Shown here piece by piece: positions 1 through 12,289 of a DNA stretch of 64,000 bases (position 1 is the first letter of the stretch; every line of letters starts with the position of its first letter). Both the position numbers and the translations under genes were made by a program. The notes beneath the pieces are model-generated. The model worked only from the letters and a program-made list of their open reading frames with translations, made no database searches and was not told the origin of the DNA. The stretch is taken from assembly GCA_951406725.2 (NCBI GenBank), contig OX597821.1:66092001-66156000 (forward strand). The letters are read 5' to 3'. The stretch is from Octopus vulgaris. Taxonomy: Eukaryota.

Positions 1-524
1 CGTGTGTGTGTGTGTGTGCTGTATACATGGTTGCATTGAATGTATCTGCATTAAACATGTGAGTAAGGTGTTTTGTGTGTGTGTGTTTCTTGTGTGTGAT
101 GCATGTGTGTTGTGTGTGTATATACAGAGTATGGTGTGTGTGTATGGGAGTGCATATGGTGAAATGGCAGAGTTGTTACAGCAACACACAAACAGCCTCA
201 TAATATTTATTCTAACTCTCTTTGTTGCAAGCTCAAATCCTATCAAGTCCAACTATGCCTTTCATATTTTAAGGATCAATAAAAAGAAAGCACCAATTCT
301 GATTGGTGGCTCAATGGAACCATCAGAATGTTCCGGTTCTTTATATTCAAATGGAAACTGAGAAAATGACAGTGCTAAAATTTATCAGCGTTGCCTTTCC
401 TTTGCAAAACGTTGATGGCATTGTGAAACATTAAACACTCCTGGACCTCACAGAAGAACTTTGCAGCTGTAAAAATTCATGATCATCCACAATCAATGAG
501 GCTATGCGTTTATGTATATATATA

Positions 525-743
525 CGAAAGGGTGTTGAAAAGCTACTAGCGTTAAGGGTATTGTGAAAGGCCAGGCTGGAGTCCCAACCTTCTGAGTTCT
601 TTTACAGGGATCAGAACAACTGAAAGGCCACTGCAATAAGTGTGAATATCCGAGAAGGGGACATGTTGGATAAAATCATAATTAACTGAGTCTCCTCCAT
701 TTTCTTTTACCCAAAGCCAGGAACTTTTCAGCATTCCCACATG
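525..743 (+). mobile_element. Mariner-derived MITE (irritans/Hsmar2-like TIR type), copy 1
   Basis: Ends TA-CGAAAGGGTGTTGAAAAG and GGAACTTTTCAGCATTCCC are imperfect TIRs. The interior keeps a decayed transposase C-terminus (CACTGCAATAAGTGTG...CATGTTGGATAA). Same family at 1306-1516, 41765-41968 and (partial) 49563-49617. Confidence 0.75.
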
Positions 744-770
744 TGTGTGTATATATACGTACATATATAA

Positions 771-895
771 ATCCTTAAAAATGTTTTAGCCCGAAGGCTG
801 CAGCCATGCTGGGGCACCACCGCCAAAGAAAGACGTTCCCATGCCGGGAATCGAACCCGGGCCGCCTGGGTGAAAGTCAGGAATCCTAACCACTA
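771..895 (-). mobile_element. Minimal SINE-like retrocopy: tRNA-Glu head fused directly to the common SINE/LINE 3' tail
   Basis: On the minus strand the tRNA-Glu sequence (895->836) is followed by cgtctttctttGGCGGTGGTGCCCCAGCATGGCTGCAGCCTTCGGGCTAAAAC. This is the tail that ends the main SINE family (GGCGGTGCTCCAGCATGGCC..AGTCAAATGACTGAAAC). Confidence 0.7.
836..895 (-). pseudogene. tRNA-Glu(TTC) pseudogene / SINE head, 5' ~12 nt missing
   Basis: Reverse complement TAGTGGTTAGGATTCCTGACTTTCACCCAGGCGGCCCGGGTTCGATTCCCGGCATGGGAA has the D-arm remainder, anticodon loop CTTTCAC (TTC), a perfect T-arm and the 3' acceptor strand. The 5' acceptor strand is replaced by (TA)n and there is one anticodon-stem mismatch. 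Confidence 0.85.
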
Positions 896-904
896 TATAT
901 ATAA

Positions 905-1301
905 CTAGCAGTATCGCCCGGCATTGCTCGGGTTTGTAAGGGAAATAACTATATAAGCATTTTTAGAGATGTAAAGTATAATAGCCATCTCAATATGGCT
1001 AACCACAAAGGGGGTGTTACTGTAGCTTTTTACGTTCTGAGATTTAATAATACATTTTTAGAGAGTTACTTCCCTTATATAATAGCAAAAAAATGCATTA
1101 AAAATGGGAAAAAATGATGGTGGTAAATTTTTTTTTAAATCGTAGACTCATCGTAGACACGCACTAATACCTAGAAGGGCTCGATATGAATCACAACTAT
1201 AAGATACCCGCTTTTGGTTACACTGCACCGCAAAATGTGGGAGTAGTTAGGAATCTAAATCGTAGGAGACAGACACACAACTTCACTTTTATATATAAAG
1301 A
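905..1301 (-). mobile_element. Non-autonomous Helitron, complete ends
   Basis: Minus strand starts TCTTTATATATAAAAGTG and ends CCCGAGCAATGCCGGG-CGATACTG-CTAG: 5' TC, subterminal hairpin, 3' CTAG. Inserted between A and T with no TSD. Confidence 0.85.
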
Positions 1302-1305
1302 TATA

Positions 1306-1516
1306 TGAAGGGGTTCTAAAAGTTCCTGATTTTAAGGGTACTGTGAAAGGTCTGGTTGGAGCCCTAAGCTTCCAAGTTCTTTTACAGGGCTTACAAAAAC
1401 TGAAGGAGCACTGTAATAAGTGTGTGAATCTGAGAGGGGATTATGCTGAATAAAATAATTGACTAATCTTCCTGTATAATCTTTTACCGAAAGCCAGGAA
1501 CATTTCAGCACCCTTG
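1306..1516 (+). mobile_element. Mariner-derived MITE, copy 2
   Basis: TA-TGAAGGGGTTCTAAAAGTTCCTG ... CCAGGAACATTTCAGCACCCTTG-TA; homologous along its length to 525-743. Confidence 0.75.
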
Positions 1517-1547
1517 TATATGTATGTATGTATGTATTTATGTATGT

Positions 1548-1880
1548 GAAGGTGCATGGCTCAGTGGTTAGAGCACCGAGCTTATGATCGCGAGGTTGTG
1601 AGTTCGAATCCTGGACCGAGCTGTGTGTTGTGTTCTTGAGCAAAACACTTAAATTCACGTTGCTCCAGTTCACTCAGCTGTAGAAATGAGTTGTTACGTC
1701 ACAGGTGTCAAGCTGTATCCGCTTTTGCCTTTCCCTTGGGTAACACAGGTGGCGTGGAGAGGGGAGGCCGGTATGCATGGGCGACTGCTGGTCTTCCATA
1801 AACAACCTTGCCCAGACTTGTGCCTGGGAGGGTAAATTCCTAGGTGCAACCCCATGATCAGTCATGACCGAAGGGTGTCC
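1548..1880 (+). mobile_element. tRNA-derived CORE-like SINE (family B head, tail 1), full length
   Basis: A box TGGCTCAGTGG, B box GTTCGAATCC, CORE-like GTGTTCTTGAGCAAAACACTT. Other copies at 40828-41158 (-) and headless at 28181-28437. Confidence 0.85.
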
Positions 1881-2019
1881 CAGTATATTTATGTATGCAT
1901 GTATGCATATGTGTGTGTGTGTGTGTGTGTGTAAGGATGGGTGTGTGTACGTTCCAGTTTCCCTTGAAACTCAGAGTGGTAACTGTGAGTGATTTCAGTG
2001 TTATGGTAAATATTCACTA

Positions 2020-2280
2020 GTGGCATGTAAAAAGCATCATTCGAGTGTGGTCGATGCCCATGCCACCTTACTGGTCCCTGTGCTAGTGGCACGTAAAAAG
2101 CATCCACTACACTCTGGGAGTAGTTGGCATTAGGAAGGTTATCCAGCTGTAGAAACCTTGGCAGATCAGATTGGAGCCTGGTGCAGCCTCCTGGTTTGCC
2201 AGTCTTCAGTCAAACTGTCCAACCCATGCCAGCATGGAAAGCGGACGTTAAACAATGATGATGATGATGATGATGATGAT
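2020..2280 (+). mobile_element. 3' end of RTE-clade LINE (family D), 5'-truncated
   Basis: GTGGCACGTAAAAAGCA repeats, TTGGCATTAGGAAGG...CCAGCTGTAGAAAC, end CCAACCCATGCCAGCATGGAAAGCGGACGTTAAAC(GAT)n. Many copies (5310-5720, 7470-7808, 10265-10540, 43915-44148 and others); longer ones keep RT C-terminal codons. Confidence 0.75.
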
Positions 2281-2412
2281 GAAGATTTCTATATTCAGTA
2301 GTTTCATTTCTCATCTATAGATTAACAAGAATATATTTGAATATAAACACACATACACACACATACACACATGCATACAGTCATACATTCATTCATGCAC
2401 ACACAGACACAG

Positions 2413-2458
<46 letters not shown>

Positions 2459-2610
2459 CTGGACACAGAACTAGAAACGTGAATGTGCATGTGTGGACTG
2501 GCGTGTGCAATGTGCATGTATCTTCTGAATACATTCTCATAACAATACAATAACCATAAAAAATAAATAAATGCATTGTGAATTGAACATAATCATAAAA
2601 GGAATGCCTA

Positions 2611-2648
<38 letters not shown>

Positions 2649-3211
2649 CACATATATACACAATATGTATATATATTTATACATATGTATACGTATATAT
2701 GTATAAATATGTATACATATATATGTATGTATATATATATATATAAAAATATATATACACACACATATATATGTATATGAATGTATATATATACACACAA
2801 ACATAGATGCATACACACACACACATATACATGTGCACACAATATATATATATATATATAACATGATGCATACACTAAAATTTCAGTGTCATGTACAGTA
2901 GTTGTCTCTGATCTTGCAGATGCATTTTTATGAAACACATCTGAGTGATCATAGATTAGTTGTTGCATATGGTGTGACTTTTGAGGTGGATTGTAAAGTG
3001 CTGAGATATTTAGAAAACTTCTATACATCTAATGCAATGCACCAGTGCATGAGGATTTCTTTGCAACACTGTACAACGTGTGCAACTATCTCTGATTTAA
3101 AACAATATTAATGGTCATTCTTGTTTTTTTTTATATATATATTTATAATATACATGCAAGTGTGTGTGTTTGTGTGTGTGTGTCTGTGTGTATGTATGTG
3201 TTTGTGAGTGT

Positions 3212-3503
3212 GAAGGCACATGGATTACGATTTAGGGTGTTGCACTCACAATCACAAGATCGTTGGTTCAGTTCCTGGGCCAAGTAGCATGTTGTGTTCC
3301 TGAGCAAAACATTTCATTTCATGTTGCCTCAGTTCATTCAGCTGTAAATGTGTAACCCAGCGATAGGTTAGCTTTCCTATCAGAGGGAGTATTGGCCTGC
3401 TCACCGAGTTAGTAGGGTGGCACCATTTGAAAGATAAAATGATACACAAAACACATTGTGATCAACGATGTATCACAAAATCTGATTATCTGGTCGATAC
3501 CAT
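3212..3503 (+). mobile_element. SINE, family B head with tail 2
   Basis: Head GAAGGCACATGG...GTTCAGTTCC and CORE-like GTGTTCCTGAGCAAAACATTTC; tail shared with 39330-39631. Confidence 0.7.
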
Positions 3504-4229
3504 GGTTATATATACCTTTATCCTTTTGTTTTAGTCATTTGACTGTGGCCACACTGGAGCACTGCTTAGAAGTGTTTTAGTTGAACAAATTGACCCCTGG
3601 ATTTATTTTTTAAGCCTAGTACTTATTCTATTGGACTATTTTGCTGAACTGTGAAGTTACAGGGATGTAAACACACCAACACTGGTTGTTACGTGATGGT
3701 TGGGATAAATGTAGATGCAAAGACACACATAGATATATACACATATATATATACGACAGGTTTCTTTCAGTTTCCGTCTACCAAATCTCTCATTCTCTCT
3801 TTTTATACATATATATATATATATATACATACATACATGATATATATATATACATATATATATTCTTTTACTTGTTTTAATTATTTGAATGCGTCCATGC
3901 AGGAGCACCCACCAACCCTCGGACTTATTCTTCATAAGCCTAGTGCTTATTCTATCAGTCTGTTTTGCCGAACAGCTAAGTTACAGGGTTGTAAACACAC
4001 TAACATCGGTATCAAGTGATGGTTGGGGGGGGACAAACACAGACACACAAATACATACATACACACACAAATTAGTTCACAGATAAATATATATGCATGC
4101 TATGCATACACTTATATATTCTATCTATCTCTTCGACTGTGCATGTGTGAGTATATAAAAATGTATATATATATATACACACATACACACAATATATTTA
4201 TGCATATATAAACATGCACACAGACACAC

Positions 4230-4293
<64 letters not shown>

Positions 4294-4391
4294 ATATAAT
4301 TATACATATATAAACATGCACACAGACACACGCAATATATATATATTTATATACATACAAATACACACACACAAAGTGTATATATATATAT

Positions 4392-4786
4392 TCTCTTTTA
4401 CTCTCTTTTACTTGTTTCAGTCATTTGACTGCAGCCATGCTGGAGCACCACCTTTAATCGAGCAACTCTACCCCGAGACTTATTCTTTGTAAGCCCACTA
4501 CTTATTCTATCGGTCTCTTTTTGCCGAACCGCTAAGTGACGGGGACATAAACACACCAGCATCAGTTGTCAAGCAATGCTAGGGGGACAAACACAGACAC
4601 ACAAACACACACACATACATATATATGACGGACTTCTTTCAGTTTCCGTCTGCCAAATCCACTCACAAGGCTTTGGTCGGCCTGAGGCTATAGTAGAAGA
4701 CACTTGCCCAAGGTGCCACACAGTGGGACTGAACCCGGAACCATGTGGTTGGTAAACAAGCTACATACCATACAGCCACTCCTGCG

Positions 4787-4788
<2 letters not shown>
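4392..4788 (-). mobile_element. tRNA-derived SINE family A, full length
   Basis: Minus strand GGCGCAGGAGTGGCTGTATGG...GGTTCAGTCCC...CACCTTGGGCAAGTGTCTTC, internal (TA)/(TG) microsatellite, tail GGTGCTCCAGCATGGC..AGTCAAATGACTGAAACAAG. The most frequent family in the window, with many full and partial copies. Confidence 0.9.
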
Positions 4789-4822
<34 letters not shown>

Positions 4823-6254
4823 AATTTTTATGACGAAAGCGGGAAAATACACAAAACAATAGTGAACATTCATTAGCTCACATGACATAAGGTTCTTTGA
4901 GATTTTAGCTACATCAATTCCATTTGGAATTTCTCATTTGATAACAAAAATAAAGAAATAACATGTATTGTTTATTGTGTAATTAGTTGTAGAAGTTTTT
5001 TTAACACTACAGCTTCACTAGAACAAACATGTCACTTGTTTTGTTGGCAATATATGTCTGGCACAATTAAACACTGCAGCAAAATGAATTTACATTCCCC
5101 AGCAGTGAATTTGCAAATAGGCAAATGTTAAAAATAAAACAAATATCTTTCTTTAAAAATGGCAAAGTTATAAAGCTTATTTTAAACGTCTCTATTAGAG
5201 AGAGTGTAATGAAATCATAAGCATGCATGCTTATATTTTATATTTTTATATTTTATCTAGTTTCAGCTCACGAGCTGTGGCCATGCTGGGGCACTACCAT
5301 TATACATGTTGCTTGCGAAGACATGTTGGGGCAAGTGAAATCGAAATCAAATTGAACCAATCCTATGACTGGCACCCGGCTGATGCCAGGACCCCTGGAC
5401 TGGTGGTACGTAAAAAGCACTATCTGACTCGTGGCCAATGCCAGCGCCGCCTCGACTGGCTTCTGTGCCAGTGGCACGTAAAATGCACCAATCCGACCGT
5501 GGCTGTTGCCAGCCTCGCCTGGCACCTGTGCAGGTGGCACGTAAAAAGCACCCACTACACTCACGGAGTGGTTGGCGTTAGGAAGGGCATCCAGCTGTAG
5601 AAACATTGCCAGATAAGACTGGAGCCTGGTGCAGCCTTCTGGCTTCCCAGATCCCCGGTCGAACCGTCCAACCCATGCTAGCATGGAGAACGGATGTTAA
5701 ACGATGATGATGATGATTATGATTTATTTCTTTATTTTTATACATACATAAATGCATGTGTACATATGTCTATGTGAATATAGATATATTATATATATAT
5801 ATACACACACACACAGGTGCAGGAATGGCTGTGTGGTAAGTAGGGTGCTTACAAACCACATGGTTCTGGGTTCACTCCCACTGCGTGACATTTTCAGTAA
5901 TATAGCCTTGTGCTGACCAAAGCCTTGTGAGTGGATTTGGTATATGGAAACTGATAGATGCTTGTTGTATATATATATATATACACATATATATATATGT
6001 ATGTATATATATATATATATCAAACAGAGACTATACAATGAATTGCAGTCCAACAATGGGTTAGCAGGGTAAAACTTCGAAGTTACTGTCAACATCTGTC
6101 TTATATAAGAATAATACATAAATATAAATATACATACATATATATATATATGTGTGCATACATACATATTCTATTAGCCTAGTCATGATTTGAACACTTA
6201 TCGTTCATTTTCCAGCCCATAAATTTCAGGAACATTGTGGCATTCCATTTCTTA

Positions 6255-6616
6255 CAATGATGAAGGTTCCAGTTCATCCAATCAAAGGAACAGCCTGCTT
6301 GTGAAATTAACATGCAAGTGGCTGAGCACTCCACAGACACGTGTACCCCTAACATAGTTCTCGGGGAGATTCAACATGGCCCAGAGTGTAACAAGGCTGG
6401 TCCTTTGAAATACAGGTACAACAGAAACAAGAAGAAAGAGTGAGAGGAAGTTGTGGAGAAATATTACAGCAGGGTTCACCATCATCCACTACTGGAACCT
6501 CTTGAAGCTTTATGTGTTTTCGCTCAACAAACACTCACAACGCCCAGTCTGGGAATCGAAACCGCGATTCTACGACCATGAGACCGCTGCTCTAACCACT
6601 GGGCCATTGTGCCTCT
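6255..6616 (-). mobile_element. SINE, family E head with tail 3
   Basis: Head as in 22390 (AATGGCCCAGTGGTTAGAGCAGCG...GGTTTCGATTCCCAGAC); tail as in 58650-58835. Confidence 0.75.
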
Positions 6617-7959
6617 GCTCAGGAACATCAGTAAACAATGGTATCATGTTTTTCATTTTGCAGTAATTATTCTATTGATTACACTGATAACCTTGTGCCA
6701 GCCAGTCAGACTTGTCAATTAGCTGGGAACATCAAACGGAAAACATAGCTTGATGTATCAGTTATAAACTATAAAAGAGATTAAATTAGTGGGAGGATTA
6801 ATTTACAAAGATAATCTACGATGAGAACAATGAATAGCAAATGTGACCAGACTATTATAAATCACTTTCCAGCCCCCACCCTTTCTCTCTTTATTTTGTA
6901 TGCACATGCATATATATATATGCATACATGTGGTTTATACATCATCAATTTGGTGACATTTAGATACATACACATATCATCATCATTATCATCACCATCA
7001 TTTAATATCCATGTTCCATGCTTAGGATAGGATAAAGGTCCTTCCTGAGTCATACAGAATCACAGGGCTGGTTTCCTGGTTTCCATGGTGCATATATTCT
7101 CTACCTGGATGGGACACCAGTCCATCGTACGGTTGCTCACTTCTATCAGCTGAGTGGACTGGTGCAACAAAAAAAATGAAGTGTTTTGCTCAAGACCACA
7201 ATGCACCGTCCAGTTCAGGAATTGAAATCACAATCTTACCATAATCGGTCCAACACCTTAACCACTAAGCAACATGTCTCCACGAGACGGTAGATGATCA
7301 AGGTGCATAAGAAAGTGTGCACGGTACCTAGGGACAAGTGTTTTCTAGTATAGCCACAGACTGACCACTGTCTTCTGAGTGAATTTGGGAGTCAGAAACC
7401 ATTTGGAAGTCCATCATATATATATGTGCGTATGTGTGTGGGTGGGTGTGCATGTGTGTGATCAATGCTATGGCTGCTTGATTGGCTCCTGTGCCGGTGG
7501 CATGTAAAATGCACCGTCCAAACATGACTGATGCCAGTACTCCTGACTGGGTCCTGTGCTGGTGGCACTTAAAAAGCACTATCCAAATGTAATCGATGCC
7601 AGGCCTGCTTGACTAGTTTCTGTGCTGATAGCATGTAAAAAGGACCCACTACTCTCTTGGAGTATTAGGTGTTAGGAAGGGCATCCAGCTGTAGAAACAC
7701 TGCCAGATCAGATTGCAGCCTGGTGCAGCCACTGGTTTTCCAGACCTCAGTCGAACCGTCCAACCCATGCCAGCGTGGAAAACGGATGTTAAATGATGAT
7801 GATGATGTAAAGTGGTCAATGTTAGGAAGGGCATCCACTGAAAATCAATTCCAAATCAGACATTTGAGCTTCATGCAGTTCCTAGATACATTGACTATTG
7901 TCAAACCATCCAACCCATACCAACATGAAAGTGAAACAGTGGTAATGAAAATGTCGAGG

Positions 7960-8023
<64 letters not shown>

Positions 8024-8262
8024 TGTCTGTGTGTCTTTGTGTTTATTTTCGCCACCATCGCTCAACAACCGACGTTGTTGGTGTGTTTATGTTCCCGTAA
8101 ATTAGCGGTTCAGCAAAAGATACCGATGGAATAAGTAGTAGGTTTACAAAGAATAAATCCTGGAGTCGATTTCTTTCACTGAAAAAAACCTCTCAAGGCA
8201 ATGCTCCAGCATGGCTGCAGTTAAATGACTGAAACAAGTAGAAGAATAAAAGAATATATTTA

Positions 8263-8360
8263 TGGCCAGTCTATGGGGTTACCCAGGATTTCACGGCCAT
8301 AAAGTGTTTGGCTTTTACTCCATAGCTTAGAGTTTCTCTTTCGGCTTTATGATTTACTGA
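8263..8360 (-). mobile_element. Short TA-flanked element homologous to 61165-61290 (putative Penelope-like remnant)
   Basis: Reverse complement CAGTAAATCATA...GTAAAAGCCAAACACTTTATGGCCGTGAAATCCTGGGTAACCCCATAGACTGGC aligns with 61168-61290. Confidence 0.55.
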
Positions 8361-8374
8361 CTATATATACATGC

Positions 8375-8445
<71 letters not shown>

Positions 8446-8506
8446 GTGTGTGTGTGTGTATGTACATATGTATATGCATGTATATATATATATATGTGCA
8501 TGCATG

Positions 8507-8539
<33 letters not shown>

Positions 8540-8884
8540 ATGTATGTATGTATGTATATATGCGTGTTATACTAATTATCTTTGTTTAATAATTTTGATA
8601 TATATTTAAAATAATATAAATTAATTAATCTTAAGTATTGGCTTAAGTTTTTCTTTGTATAATTTGCCTAATAGTGGTTTTATCTCTAATTTAATATAAT
8701 ATATATATATATATATGCATATATGTGTATGTATATATATATATATATCATCATCATCATCATCATCGTTTATGCATATATATATATGCATATTTGTGTG
8801 AATATATGTATATATATGTATGTATGTATGTACATATGTATATGTCTATATGTATATATGTATATAAATATATATATATATATT

Positions 8885-8916
<32 letters not shown>

Positions 8917-8930
8917 CGTATGTATGTGTC

Positions 8931-8977
<47 letters not shown>

Positions 8978-11099
8978 CTATGTATGTATATGAAGTGGCT
9001 AAGTCTATTTTGTCAGTCAGTGGGATGACATGTAAAGAGGGGTGGGGGTAAAGCAGTTGAGCAACCATGAACATCTGCTCGTGAAAATCAGATTCATTAG
9101 TGCACAGTGCATAAAAATTCTTATTTATAGAGAATACACTGGAGGCCTAATAAGCTGTTACTTGGTGAAGAATTTGGGGGATGGACACAATGACAATGTC
9201 CAGTTGTAGAATTTAATGTCTTTCAGCTAATTAATTAGTTGACGAGAGCAATGGGGTGGAGAGTAGGTGAAGGGTTGTGCAGCGAGGAGTGTAAAGCAAG
9301 TGCTTGTTTGCTTCTATTAAAAGGCAAGGAGAATAAAATGGAGGTGGGGAACAGAACAGAGAAATTGCAGTGAATTTATATAATATGCATACATATAGGT
9401 GCAGGAGTGGCTGTGTGGTAAGTAGCTTGCTAACCAACCACATGGTTCCAGGTTCAGTCCCACTGCGTGGCACCTTGGGCAAGTGTCTTCTACTATAGCC
9501 TCAAGCTGAATAATGGTTTCATATTTTTTTTATAATTATATGAATGCGAAAGAGATAGTTGAATAACTGTAAACCTATTTTTGATTGGCCCGAGGCTATC
9601 GTAGGAAACACTTGCCCAAGATGCCATGAAGTGGGATTGAACCCGGAACCATTTAGTTTGTAAGCAAGTGAATTACCACACAGCTCTTATACAAATGATT
9701 ACAAATCTGTACCGTTCTAGAGTCGCAGACTAACAGAATCACTAGAGCAGTGGTTCTCAACCATTCTTTACCTAAGGACCACTGTGAGTCTTATTTTACT
9801 CAGGGACAGAGGGCAGGGGGACCCTCAGAATCATTCCATGTCTAAAAGATCCTATTGTTTTTTTAATATTCAATATTATAAGAAATTCTTTCTTTTTCAT
9901 TTTTTTCTTTCTGCTTGTTACATTTATGAAACTGTGGCCATGCTGGGGCACTGCTATGAAAGAATTTTTAGTTGAATGTTTTGATCCCAGTACCTATTTT
10001 TTAATAGTCTGGGGGCTGTAGGGGCGCGATAGAGAAAACGGAGGCATTGAGAGGATGGCAGGGGATTGGGCGATGCTATAAATTTATTATAATATCATAG
10101 TATTGCATATAAATTATATAATATATTAAATATCAAATGACTCATATTATGTATAAATTTGTAAAATATAAAATATTCATTTATACATAAAAATAGGGAT
10201 TGAGTGCTGAGGGTAATACATGGCCAAATGCTTAAATGGTGGCCCACAAAAACCACTGAGTGAATTTTGGGCCTCATTGAGGCAGTGACAGGTAACCAGG
10301 ACCTTTGATGATATACCATGCTTGTGTAGACCTGCCAAGTCAAGTGAGACCATAGTAGTGGCTGATGTCTGTGACAAGTTAATGGCACTCTGTTGCTGGT
10401 GGCACATAAAAAACCTAGCCAAATCAGATCAGAACTTGGTGCAGCTTACCAGTTTTTCAGTCAAACCATCCAACCCATGCCAGCATGGAAAAACAAAAAT
10501 TAAAGGATGATGATGATAACATGATGATGATGATGATGATATCTGACCCAAATTTTCTACCACATAGGGATGAGAAAGAAATGATAACTGGAAGGAAAGA
10601 AGGAAGGAAGAAAGGAAGGAAGGAAGAAGGGATATAGTGGACAAGCAGCAGGGTTTGGAGGCATCAATCCAAATGAGAGAAAGAGAGGTGGTAAAGCAAT
10701 ATAGGGGTGTTGATGGAAGCCAGGTAAAAAGAAGAAGAAACAAGGAAAAAGAGAAAGAGAAACAGAGGGAGAGTATTAGTGAGATGAAAGGGACTTAAAG
10801 AGAGTGAGGTGACATAGTAAAAAATGAAATTAAATCAGGGAGAAGTAGAGGAGGAGGATGGAAAAGTGTCACCAAAGACTGGGGGGGGGGGGAGGGGATG
10901 AAAGAGAAGTGGTATTGTAGAATGGTAGGAGGACTGAAGAATGGAGAGGTAAAGGGTAGGAAGTAGGGGATAGAAGCTCTCCTCTCCCCCTACTCATAAG
11001 AGTGGGAGGAATAAAAAATATTAATTGGAAAACAAAGCAAAAAAAATAACAGTAAATATGACAAGGTTGGTGAGTGGGAAGAGTGGTTGGTTGGTTTAA

Positions 11100-11290
11100 T
11101 GGTTGGCAAGGTTTAAGGTTGTGGTGGTGGTGGTAATGGGGTGTTGGTGATGATGGTGGTGGTGATGGCAGTGGTGGTGGTCGTGGCAGTGATGATGGTG
11201 GTGATGGCGATGGTGGTAGTGATGATACTGGTGGTGGTGATGGTAGTGATGGTGGTGGTGGTGATGGTGGTGGGGTGGTGGGGGTGGAGA
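11100..11290. repeat. Degenerate (GGT/GAT)n trinucleotide repeat
   Basis: Direct reading; gives spurious poly-His/Thr ORFs. Similar (CAC)n tract at 46278-46530. Confidence 0.9.
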
Positions 11291-11580
11291 TGACTGCAAA
11301 CCAAGGGGAAATGGATGAGGTGAGGTTGAGTAATTATTCACTTGTTGGAGGGTCAAGAGAGGGAGAGAAGGTATAGGGGTAGGTACAGAAAAGGCTTTGT
11401 GGGTGTTGGAAGAGTCAGAGGTTGAGAGAGTGATGGTGAGGAAGAGACAAGCAGGGAGAGAGAGAGAGAGAGAAGGAGAGAAGGAGAGAAGGAGAGAATG
11501 GAAAATGCAGGAAGACATTAACAGCATTAAAGAACCATTTCAGAAGAGATGGAGGTGTGAGGTCGAAGGTCAACAAATTG

Positions 11581-11614
<34 letters not shown>

Positions 11615-12289
11615 GCCAACACCTTCACACCCCACCCTGGCAAGCAGCCTAAAGGAAGCTGCAAGGATTTTGACATTATTCTCTTTGATGTTTTCTGGCC
11701 TCAGGCCAACTTACAGTACAGATCAATCAGCCACTCATTTCACAATACCACCACCACCACCACCACCTCTGCCTCCACCACCACCACCATTGCCGCCATC
11801 ATGGCTCTGTTCAGCCATGACCCCTTGACCTAAATTTATAAGAGCTAGAGTGGATAAGGGAATAAATAAAAAGTCTACAAGTGTGTTTAGGGGACACAGA
11901 AGGAAGTGTATATTCTTCCTGTTGTTGATTTGAATGTGGCATATTTGATGATAATTTCATTTAGCACTTCATTTCAAATAGATACATACACACAGACACA
12001 CACACACTTAGAAAAAAAGAGAAACGGATTCACACACACATTATACATTAGCGTGCTGGGTGAAATGCTTAGCGGTATTTCGTCTGCGGTTACATTCTGA
12101 GTTCAAATTCCGCCGAGGTCAACTTTGCCTTTCATCCTTTCGGGGTCGATAAATAAAGTACCAGTTTTGCACTGGAGGCAATATAATCGACTCAATCCCT
12201 TCGTCTGTCCTTGTTTGTCCCCTCTATGTTTAGCCCCTTCAGGGCAGTAAAGAAATTTGTATATATATATATATACATACTTCTAATAT

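Noticed and set aside
836-895. Functional tRNA-Glu gene
   Set aside because: The 5' acceptor strand and part of the A box are missing, and it is fused to a retroposon tail.
2920-3111. Plus-strand ORF MHFYETHLSDHRLVV... after a TTGCAG acceptor-like site
   Set aside because: No recognisable domain, no partner exon, and lies between microsatellites.
11096-11828. Poly-His/poly-Pro ORFs (also 46191-46591)
   Set aside because: Trinucleotide repeats open in several frames on both strands.
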